This document shows positions 13,301 through 23,070 of a stretch of 64,000 bases of DNA, piece after piece (position 1 is the first letter of the stretch; every line of letters starts with the position of its first letter). This DNA comes from the human T2T-CHM13v2.0 reference genome, Homo sapiens: assembly GCF_009914755.1 (NCBI RefSeq), contig NC_060929.1, one strand, 5' to 3'. The position numbers and the translations under genes were made by a program. Below the pieces are notes generated by a model. It searched no databases, was not told where the DNA came from, and saw only the letters and a program-made list of their open reading frames with translations.

Positions 13301-14295
13301 TAACCAAAAACCCCCACAAATAATGCAATTAAAAATGGGAAAATAACCTTAATAAACATTTCTCAAAAGAAAACACACAAAAGACCAAAAAGAATTTTAA
13401 AAATGCTCAATATTATCACTAAACATCAGGGAAATGCAGTTATAGCCACAATCTCACTCCAGGTGGAATAGCTATTATCAAAAAGACAAATGATAACAAG
13501 TGTTGGTGAACATGTAAAGAAAGACGAACTCTCACATGCTGTTGGTGGAAATGTAAATTCATACAGCTGTTATAGAAACAGTATAGAAGTTCCTCAAGAA
13601 TTAAAATACTTCTACTACATGATTCAGCAATTTCATGGGTATATATCCAAAGGAAATGGGTATATATCCAAAGGAAATAAAATCAGTATGCTAAAGAGAT
13701 GTCTGCACTTGCTTATTGAAGAACTCTTCACAATAGCCAAGGTATGAGTCAGCCTACATGTTCAACAAAGATTGAATTGATAAAGAAAATGTCATGTGTA
13801 ATGGGATACTATTTAGTCATAAAAAGAAGAGAATCCTGTCATTTGTGACAAAATAGATGAACCTGGAAGATGTTATATTAAGTGAAATACGTCAGGAGCA
13901 GAAAGACAAATACTGCACTATCTCACTCATATATGGAATCTAAAAATGTTGATCTCATTGAAGTAGTCAATAGAATAGTGGTTATAAGAGACTGGGGAGG
14001 AGAGGGTGATAGAAGGACGGAAAGAGGCTTGTCAGTGAGTACAAAGCTACAATTAGAAAGTAAAAATAAATTCTGATGTTCTATTGCACAGTAGGATGAC
14101 TGTAGTCAATAATAAGGTATTGTATATCTCGGAATACCTAGAAGAGACAATTTTGAATGTTCTTACCACACAAAACTGATGAATGTTCAAAGTGATGAAT
14201 ATATTTAGTATTCTGATTTGAAACGTATTAAAACATCATATTGTACCCCATAAATATGTGCAATTATTATATGTCAGGTAAAAATCAAAATAATT
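10357..14295 (+). mobile_element. L1MA (about L1MA5): 5'UTR (10357-11220) joined directly to post-endonuclease ORF2, continuing to the 3' end; non-coding
   Basis: GC-richer 5'UTR starting 'gtgatgtcagcaacatgactga'; ORF2 motifs incl. the RT region 'ctgtttgcagatgagatgatc' (LFADEM); L1MA 3'UTR 'gttctattgcacagtaggatgact...gtaccccataaatatgtgcaattatt'; many stops and frameshifts. Confidence 0.93.
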
Positions 14296-14726
14296 TAAAA
14301 GAAGAGCATAAATCCATACTTACTACATCATTAAAATAAGATTAATATCAATTTTCGTTCTGATTAAATTTTATGATCATCTTAGAATATTGCTATTTAT
14401 GAAAATATGGTTTATTTTATGACTGCATGTTAAAGAAAAAAAAAACTCCCATTTCAATACCAGAATCCTGAATTCTGCTGCCCAGAGTTATTACCACAAG
14501 CTAGAATTTGAGCCTCAACTCTTCTCCATTTGATTAACTTTAGGTTGATATAAATACCCTAAAATTATATGCTTTTTAACTTTGGAAGATAAAATAAACA
14601 GCTGTTGGAGCTTACCAACTGGTGAGAGGGTATGTATTCTCTCCAAAGAACCTTCAAAAGACAGTCACCTCACATCTTCTCACTTCAATGATAAATACAA
14701 TCATCCAGGTCTGTGAGCTTGCTGTT

Positions 14727-15268
14727 TGTGGTAGACAGAATTCTGAGATGGTCCCCAGGATTTCTGCCTTTTTTTATACACCCTCCCCTTGAGTGTGAGT
14801 ATGGCATGTAAATATGATGTGTTATTACTCCTATGATTAGGTTACTAACCAGTTGACTTGGTATGAACTAATATGGAGGTTATCCTGGGTAGGCTTGACC
14901 TAATTAGGAGAGGTCTTTGAAAAGGGTGCAGTGAGTCAGACAGACTGACCTCCTGCCCTCTAAGAAAGGTGAAACATACAATCATGTATTGAGCTGCCTA
15001 GGGAGAAGAGCATCTTCAAAGAGTTGAGGTCCTAAAGCTGCAGGAACTGAATTCTACCCATAGCTTGAATGTAATTGGAAGAAGACTGCAAGAATCAGAT
15101 GAGACTCCCAGCCTAGCTTCCATCTTGACTGTAGCATGTAAAACCTCAAAAACCCCTCCTGAGTGCAGCCTAGGCTGTCGACCTGAAATATAGTAAGATA
15201 ATAAATAATGGTTGTTTTAATCTGCTAAATTTGTGATAATTCGCTACATAGCAAATAAAAATTATACA
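14727..15268 (+). mobile_element. MaLR solo LTR, MLT1E-like
   Basis: Starts 'tgtggtagacagaattctgagatggtcccc', contains 'ccctccccttgagtgtg', ends 'ctgctaaatttgtgataattcgctacatagc...ataca'. Confidence 0.82.
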
Positions 15269-15887
15269 GTGTTCTGATAGACTAAAAACGTATAAGATTA
15301 AAGTTACATGATTTTCCCTTAAGAAAATAGCTCATTTTATGATGAGTTCCTCTCTGGGAACCCTAGCATAATCTCTACAACCTTGCTGGCTATCAGAGAA
15401 TAAATATATTCAATAGCCCAGGAGACATTTAATAAATAGTAACAAGTAGAGGCCCTACTGACCCATATGACATCTTTATTGGTATTGGGAAAAGGTGCTG
15501 TAGCCTCAAGCTACTGTATTTCCAACTGGGGAGAAAATGTCAAAACAAATAGAATATATGCAACATTTAAAATTTGAATGACTTCTTTTAGGGTTATGAA
15601 ATACCCAGCCTGCACAACTTTATGCAAGTTAATTGAATGTTGGCATAAAAAATGACAAAATAAACAACCCATGCCTTCTAGAACAATCAGCAGTGAATAA
15701 CATTTTGGTAATAATTATTATTACATTATTTAAAGAGTTCACTTAATAGTTTAGTGTGCTTGAATTATTTTTAGAATGTATTTGTTGTTTGTGGTGAGTA
15801 CAGTCTGTGCCTTGACACATCCCATTAATGAGTCTGGGATACTCATTCTCTAGCTAACATGAATGTCACACCTCAAAGCTGCCCCCT

Positions 15888-16236
15888 TCATATGGTTTGG
15901 CTGAGTCCTCACCCAAATCTCATCTTGAACTGTAATAATTCCCATGTGTCAAGGGCAGGTCCAGGTGGAGGTTACTGAATCATGGGGGCAGTTTCCCCCA
16001 TGCTGTTCTCATGGTAGTGAATAAGTATCATGAGATCTGATGGTTTTATAAATGAGAGTTCCCCTGCACAAGCTCTTGCCTGTAGCTAAGTAAGATGTGC
16101 CTTTTGCCTTTCCCAATGATTGTGAGGCCTCCCCAGCCATGTGGAATTGTGAGTCCATTAAACCTCCTTCCTTTGTAAATTACCCAGTCTCAGCTCAGGT
16201 ATGTCTTTATTAGCAGTGTGAAAACAAACTAATGCA
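15888..16236 (+). mobile_element. THE1 solo LTR (THE1B/C-like)
   Basis: 'atatggtttggctg...ccaaatctcatcttgaa...gtgaggcctccccagccatgtgg...attagcagtgtgaaaacaaactaatgca'; near-TSD cccct/ctcct. Confidence 0.93.
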
Positions 16237-16280
16237 CTCCTTTTCTGGAGAACTGCCTGCAAGTGTCAGAAGCCTTTGTT

Positions 16281-16620
16281 GTGGAATGACAAAATCTAGC
16301 TAACTAGCATATGCATTACTCACATAGTTATTATTTTTGTGGTGAGAACACTTAATATCCATTCTCTTAGCCTTTTTTCAGAATTCATTAACACTGTAAG
16401 AATATATTATTAACCGTCATCACCAGGTTATACAGTAGGTCTCTTCAACTTTTTCTACCTGTCTGATGGAAATTTGGTATCCTTTGACTAACATTTCTCC
16501 AATGCACCCCCATCAACCACCACACCCCTGATAATCACCATACTACTCTCTACTTCAGAACATCATGTTGTACTCGATAAATATATATAATTTATCTGTC
16601 AATGTAAAAAATAAGATAAT
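16281..16620 (+). mobile_element. Short L1MA (about L1MA8) 3' end with 5' inversion
   Basis: 16281-16557 is antisense 3'UTR; 16558-16620 is the sense terminal part 'aacatcatgttgtactcgataaatatatataattt...aaaaaata'. Confidence 0.8.
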
Positions 16621-17306
16621 CATTTTTAAAAAGTAAAAGAGGCCTTCACAGTAAAGTTTGGCATTCTTCTCCAGCTGTCCAATGCTAACAAACAACTGAA
16701 ACACGGCAAAGACTGGCTCCTTGGACTTGACTCAGGACCAGTTTTGGTGTACTTTCCACTCCAGAGTCCCTTTACGGTTAGGCAGAAGCTAGTCCCTAGC
16801 CAAGACCACACACTTGCTTATTTGTTTCCCTGACCAATCTTTTGTATTTCACTCGCTTCCTTCCTCAATAAATCACTTGAACAAGAACTTCCTTGCCATC
16901 TCAGGTTCTAATACAACCCCCTGTGTATTACGCTTTACAACACAGGCTTCATGTGATGTAAAGAAATTAGCTATCAGTATACCCTAAAGAAGCTAATAAA
17001 ACCCAGAGACCAGGTCATCTCACACACGGCCTATTTCAAAGCCCTAAAGGAGTCTTAGACTGGTGCTCACACAGTTGCATAGTTTATAAAATGTTCAAAG
17101 TTAAATATTTTGTGTTGTTTTCTTACAAGAGGATCCCTAAAACAGGATTCAGGCCCCTCAAAATCCCCTTCTCCCTTGGAAGAAATTCATCTTTTGTTCT
17201 TCTAATTGCACATGTTATCTGCCTAACTTTCAGAACTACATTAATAACAATTATAATGTCAGATTTAAAGAAAAAGGGAATGTCATGTTAGAAAGATAAC
17301 CTTCAG

Positions 17307-17496
17307 GGAACATCACACACTGGGGCCTGTTGTGGGGTGGGGGGAGAGGGGAGGGGTAGCATTAGGAGACATACCTAATGTTAAATGACGAGTTAATGGG
17401 TGCAGCAAACCTGCACGTTGTGCACATGTACCCTAAAACTTAAAGTATAATAAAAAATACATACATAAATAAAAATAAATAAATAAATAAAAAAAG
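17307..17496 (+). mobile_element. Young 5'-truncated L1PA (about L1PA3-4) with perfect 16-bp TSD
   Basis: 'ggaacatcacacactggggcctgttgtggggtggggggag...taatgttaaatgacgagttaatgggtgcagca' plus A-tail; TSD gaaagataaccttcag at 17291-17306 and 17497-17512. Confidence 0.96.
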
Positions 17497-17654
17497 GAAA
17501 GATAACCTTCAGATTTACTCTTTCTGGGACTACTGGAAACCGAGTTAGTTATTTTCAATACATGAGCATTTAAATAGATTTTCTCTGTAAAATGATATGT
17601 TTTAATTGTCTTGTACCTGTGTTTCTGCAAGTTTCAGCACAGAAGTGCAACAAC

Positions 17655-18155
17655 TGCTATCAGAATGCCAGGGGTTCAGTCTAGGTCCTATTGCTCACCG
17701 CACAGAAGGCCAGTCATTGAGATGAGTATTGCCAGGTAAGGCCACTTTATTCCAGTGCTGCATCCGAAGAGAATGGGAGGCCAAGTCTCAGCTGTGTTTG
17801 GTCAACTGACTTAAATTAGGAGTTTATATGACAGGGAAGAAATGTAACTAACTACTTGTGGAAAAACAGGAATTAGAAAGAGGTGAGGAAAAGTAGTTGG
17901 TAAGCAGGCATCAGGTAGTCAGTTGGGCAATCGTGATGGGTGAGGGGTGTGGTATCTCATTGTCCAGATGCCATGATCTGGTGAGTTTCCACTTCTTAAT
18001 ACTATCTGAGAGGGTTGATGGTTGCTTTCCTGACCAAGGAACTCGGGTAAGACAAATACGGGTTTTAAAAATTTTAAGACTAAGAGGGTCAGTTTCCGTA
18101 TTTATTCAAAAAATTCATAAATATTCAGTATGTGGGGAAAATTAGGCTGATTTCA
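17655..18155 (-). mobile_element. ERV1 solo LTR, LOR1a-like
   Basis: TG...CA ends; reverse strand reads 'tgaaatcagcctaatt...gaccctcttagtcttaaaa...ggacctagactgaacccctggc'; 4-bp near-TSD caac/caat. Confidence 0.85.
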
Positions 18156-18258
18156 CAATTGCCCCCAAAATTCCACCGTCTCAGGAATAATGAACAAGGA
18201 AGGCTGCAGGCAAGACATTTTCAAGTTAATGGTGAAATTCCCATTGCCTATATCTTAT

Positions 18259-18365
18259 GACTGTCTCAAAAGAAAAAAAAAAGAAAGAAAGAGAAAGAAA
18301 GAAAGAAGGAAAGAAAGAAAGAAGGGAAAGGAAAGAAAAGGAAAGGAGAAAAGAAAAGAAAAAAG
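18259..18365 (+). repeat. Polypurine (GAAA/GGAAA)n microsatellite starting with an Alu-end-like 'gactgtctcaaaa'
   Basis: About 100 nt of pure A/G after gactgtctc. Confidence 0.85.
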
Positions 18366-18544
18366 ATGAGACTGCGTAAAGACTCATGTGTTCTATACTC
18401 ATCTGAGATGAAGCTGCCCCAAAGATCAAATTCAGAAATAAAAGACATGCAACGTGCTTACTACATTTGGGGTGAGAAAAATACTAACATTTGAATAATT
18501 TTAACTTTATATTTAAAACCTTCCACATAGTGCTATATGGACAT

Positions 18545-19545
18545 TCCCTTCAAGCTGTAGGGGGAGGGGAATTTGGCCCAACCTGTGTACATGTCCCCTT
18601 CTCCCTCTCTGATTTAAAGCAGATCAAGGCAGACCTGGGGAAGTTTTCAGATGATACTGGTAGATACGTAGATGTTCTACAGGGCTTAGGACAAACCTCT
18701 GACCTCACTTGGAGAGACGTCATGATATCAGATCAAACCCTGGCCTTTAATGAAAAGAACATGGCTTTAGCTGCAGCCTGAGAGTTTGGAGATACCTGGT
18801 ATCTTAGTCAAGTAAGTGATAGAATGATGGCCGAAGCAAGGGACAAATTCCCTACTGGTCAGCAAGCCATCCCCAGTATGGATCCCCACTGGGATCTCGA
18901 CTCAGATCATGGGAAATGGAGACGTAAAAATCTGTTGACCAGTGTTCTAGAAGGACTAAGGAAAATTAGGAAGAAGCCATTGAATTATTCAATGATGTCC
19001 ACCATAACTCAGGGAAAGGAAGAAAATCCTTCTGCCTTCCTCAAGTGGCTACGGGAGGCCTTAAGAAAATATACTCCCCTGTCGCCCGAGTCACTCCAGG
19101 GTCAATTGATTCTAAAAGATAAGTTTATTACCCAATCAGCTGCAGATATCAGGAGAAAGCTCCAAAAGCGAGCCCTGGGCCCTGAACAAAACCTGGAGGC
19201 ATTATTAAGCCTGGCAACCTTGGTGTTCTATAATAGGGACCAAGAGGAACACGCCCGAAAGGAAAAGCAAGATCAGAGAAAGGCCACAGCCTTAGTCACG
19301 GCCCTCAGACACACAAACCTTGGTGGTTCAGAGAGGACAGAAAATGGAGCAGACCAATGACCCAGTAGGGCTTGTTATCAGTGTGGTTTGCAAGGACAGT
19401 TTAAAAAAGATTGTCCAACGAGAAACAAGTTGTCCCCTGGCCCATGTCACTGTGCCAAGGCAATCACTGGAAGGCACACTTCCCCAGAGGGCAAATGTTC
19501 TCTGGGCCAGAAGCCCCGAATCAGGTGATCCAACAACAGGACTAA
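18545..19545 (+). pseudogene. gag: HERV9 gag (capsid + nucleocapsid), disabled
   Basis: MHR 'QGKEENPSAFLKWLREAL'; zinc knuckle degraded to CYQCGLQGQFKKDC (His to Gln); premature stops at 18779-81 and 19358-60; terminal stop 'caggacTAA' at 19543-45. Confidence 0.9.
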
Positions 19546-19866
19546 GGGTGCCTGGGGCATGTGCCAGCTCATGTCATCACCCTCACTGAGCCCCGGGTAT
19601 GTGTAACCATTGAGAGCCAGGAAATTGACTTCCTCCTGGACACTGGCGTGGCTTTCTCAGTGTCAATCTCCTGTCCCAGACAGCTGTCCTCAAGGGCCGT
19701 TACCCATGCCTTTCTTGTTATGCCTGAAAGTCCCATACCCTTATTAGGGAGGGCCATATTAGCCAAAGCTTGAGCTATTATCTACATTAATATGGGGAAC
19801 AAGTTACCCATTTGTTGTCCCCTGCCTGAGGAGGGAATCAACCCTGAAGTCTGGACATTGGAAGGA
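19546..19866 (+). pseudogene. pro: HERV9 protease with internal deletion
   Basis: EIDFLLDTGVAFSV active-site motif, then AFLVMPESPIPLLGRAILAKA; segment between them shortened near 19704; stop at 19771-73. Confidence 0.85.
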
Positions 19867-20760
19867 ACAAACTCAAGCTCCAGCCTTAAGCCTTCCCACA
19901 GGACAAAACTTCTCTTTATACGTCACAGAGAGAGCAGGAATAGCTCTTGGAGTCCTTACTCAGACTCGTGAGACACTCCACAACCAGTGGCATACCTAAG
20001 TAAGGAAATTGATGTAGTAGCAAAAGGCTGGCCTCACTGTTTACAGGTAGTTGTGGCGGTGGCCATCTTAGTGTCAGAGGCTATCAAAATAATGCAAGGA
20101 AAGGATCTAACTATCTGGACTACTCATGATGTAAATGGCATACTAGGTGCCAAAGGAAGTTTGTGGCTAACAGACAACTGCCTGCTTAGAAACCAGGTGC
20201 TACTCCTTGAGGGAATGGTGCTTCAAATATGTACATGTGTGGCCTTCAACCCTGCCAGTTTTCTCCCAGAGGATGGGGAACCAATTGAGCATGACTGCCA
20301 ACAAATTATAGTCCAGACTTATGCCACCCGAGATGATCTCTTAGAAGTACCCTTAGCTAATCCTGACCTTAACCTATATACCAATGGACCTTAACCTATA
20401 TACCAATGGAAGTTCATTTGTGGAGAATGGAATATGAAGGGCTGGTTATGCCATAGTTAGTGATGTAACTGTACTTGAAAGTAAGCCTCTTCCCCCAGGG
20501 ACCAGCGCCCAGTTAGCAGAACTAGTGGCACGTACCCAAGCCTTAGAACTGGGAAAGGGAAAAAGAATAAATGTGTATACAGATAGCAAGTATGCTTATC
20601 TAATCCTATATGCCCAAGCTGCAATATGGAAAGAAAGGGAGTTCCAAACCTCTGGGGAACCCCCATTAAATACCACAAGGAAATCATGGAGTTACTGCAC
20701 ACAGTGCAAAAACCCGAGGAGGTGGCAGTCTTACACTGCCGAAGCCATCAAAAAGGGGAA
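19867..20760 (+). pseudogene. pol: HERV9 pol remnant: RT connection and RNase H only (no polymerase core, no integrase)
   Basis: VAYLSKEIDVVAKGWPHCL, NLYTNG, ALELGKGKRINVYTDSKYAY; no LPQG or YVDD motif anywhere. Confidence 0.88.
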
Positions 20761-20809
20761 GGAGAGGGGAGAACAGCAGCATAAGTGGCTGGCAGAGGCA
20801 GGGAAAGAT

Positions 20810-20952
20810 CAGCAGAAAGGAAAGAGAGAAAGAGAGAGACAGAAAGTCAGAGAGACAGGAAGAGACAGACAAAGAGGGAGTCAGAAACAGAAAAAGAAAG
20901 AGAGACAAAGAAGTCAAAGAGAAAGACAGAGATAGAGGTAGTAAAGAAAAAA
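20810..20952 (+). repeat. GA-rich low-complexity tract inside HERV9
   Basis: agagagaaagagagagacagaaagtcagagag... Confidence 0.85.
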
Positions 20953-21539
20953 AGTGTACCTTATTTCTTTAAAAGCCAGGGTAAATTTAAAACCTATAAT
21001 TGATAATGGAAGGTCTTCTCTGTAACCTTATAACACTCAAATCCCACCTTGTTGTCAGTGTAAACAAGGGCACAGCCCAAAAGCACTGAGTCCACTGACA
21101 ATCCATAGCCTTCCTATCAAAAATCCTTAACCCAGCAGGTTTCTTAACAGGGGATCTAAATCTTAATTATCATACAAAGGTCCGACCAGCTCTAGGAGGA
21201 ATCCCTTCAGGACAGGACAATAGATGGTTCCTCCCAGGTGATTAAGGGAAAAAGACACAATAGATATTCAGTAAGTGATAAGGAAACTCTTACAGAAGCA
21301 GAGTTAGGAAAATTGCCTAATAATTGGTCTGCTCAAACTTGCCAGTTGTTTGCATTCAGCCAAATCTTAAACTACTTACAGAATCAGGAAAGAGCCATCT
21401 ATACCAATTCTAAGTTATTATGGACTGAATGAGGTTTTATTAATAGCAAAGAAAAATTAAAATCCCAAACTTACAAGGTTTTCAACTAAAGTAAACGTCA
21501 CTAAAAGTTAACAGTGGAACATGTATTATCCTACTACCA

Positions 21540-21874
21540 CACACTCAAAGGATTTCTCAGACAGTTTGCAAGAAATAACGAACTCTATCCTTACTCTACA
21601 ATCCCAAATAGACTGTTCGGCAGCAGTAACTCTCCAAAACCGCTGAGGCCTAGACCTCCTCACTGCTGAGAAAGGACTCTGCAGCTTCCTAGGGGAAGAG
21701 TGTTGTTTTTACACTAACCGGTCAGGGATAGTACACAATGCTGCCCGGCCGGTGTTTACAGGAAAAGGTTTCTGAAATCAGACAATGCCTTTCAAACTCT
21801 TACACCAACCTCTGGAGTTGGGCGACATTGCTTCTCCCCTTTCTAGGTCCCATGACAGCCATCTTGCTATTACT
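21540..21874 (+). pseudogene. env: HERV9 env TM remnant
   Basis: Immunosuppressive domain [16 protein letters not shown] (stop 21644-46), CX6CC motif CSFLGEECC, start of the membrane anchor LLPFLGPMTAILLL. Confidence 0.9.
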
Positions 21875-22811
21875 ATTATTTTGTGTTTCTTTGCTTAGAA
21901 GTTCTTTAAGGTAAGCAGCTGCTGGAAGCAGAGCCAATAACTGCTAGTAATTCCAGTTGTTGGAACAGTATACTTGTGCTAAAATGCCATATTTCCATCC
22001 CTGAATACTACATGTAAACTTTTTTTTTCAACTGTAGTCCAGCATTTTACTTATCCTCTTCTGTGCATTCTTTAGCAGAGCCCTCTTTAATTTATCATAC
22101 AGCATATGCTCTGGCAAATCCAAATGAATTCCAAAGAAAATAGATCCAGTAATGGACCACAAACTCACTCCTTAAACTCTTTTTAGTGACACTATGATTT
22201 TGACCATTTTAAGACAATGACTTAGCCATAGATAAGAAACCTCAGCTGATCTGTAGCTGCTGTACAGCATTGAATAATATACGATGGAATTAACCTGCAT
22301 GTCACAGTTTCTGGCCAAAGCTGCCAGATTTTTTGCAGCAAACATTTGGAATCAGGCACACATGCATTTAAATGTTTGAACTGTTGCTTATTAATTGGGA
22401 AATTTGGAACCGTAAATAAGTTGCAGCATTTTCTGATTTTGCAGCACGATTATCTGACTTCTGTATGATCTTTCAAGGTTAACTCATGAATATGTTAGAA
22501 CATATTCCATGATGTTTCATGGCTCCCAGACATAACTCTCAGTCTTAAAGGTATTTCAAATTGGAAACTAAAGCCTTTGCTTGTTTTTTCTCCTACTTGT
22601 ATTAAATTCAGATATTATATTTCATGTCTTCAATGATACTTTAGGCAGAAATGCAAATTAACTTGCCCTCTCTCTTTTTGTTACACAGGCCTAACAAAAT
22701 CTCAGCTTTGGATGAACTTACCGGTTTGGTTTTATCTATATATATGTTTATACAGTTTTATTTAAATAGCTATGCCCAATCAAAAAATGCCCACTGATTA
22801 CTGTTACCTGT

Positions 22812-23070
22812 TGTATTACTCTGTTCTCAATGCTGCCATGAAGAAATACCCGACTGAGTAATTTATAAAGAAAAGAGGTTAACTGACTCAGAGTTTCGCA
22901 AGGCTGGAGAGGCCTCAAGAAACACACAATTATGGCAGAAGGGGAAGCAAACACGTCCTTCTTCACAAGGCAGCAGGAAGGAGAAGTCCCAAGCAAAGGT
23001 GGGGAAAAGCCCTTTATTAAACCATCAGATCTTGTGAGAACTCACTCACCATCATGAGAACAGCATGAGG
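22812..23070 (-). mobile_element. Partial THE1 LTR (THE1C/D-like; only the 3' about 260 bp)
   Basis: 'tgtattactctgttctcaatgctgcc...aaaccatcagatcttgtgagaactcactcaccatcatgagaacagcatg'. Confidence 0.92.

Larger units (their letters stand above)
18545..21874 (+). mobile_element. HERV9/ERV9 internal segment (non-autonomous, RT-deleted HERV9N-like), truncated at both ends, no LTR12
   Basis: Gag 'LQAVGGGEFGP..VHVPFSLSDLKQIKADLGKFSDD', protease FLLDTG, connection/RNase H, GA-rich spacer and env TM; residues fit ERV9 (e.g. QTLAFNEKN, RDKFPTGQQ, GGSERTENGA) better than HERV-W. Confidence 0.93.

Noticed and set aside
10345-14306. TSD for the long L1MA (aaatataattagaagag / aaataatttaaaagaagag)
   Set aside because: Match needs indels and is too AT-rich to trust.
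18545-21874. HERV-W (syncytin-like) locus or L1-processed ERV pseudogene
   Set aside because: Gag residues fit ERV9; env is only a TM remnant with a stop in the immunosuppressive domain; no 3' R or poly(A) as required for a processed copy.
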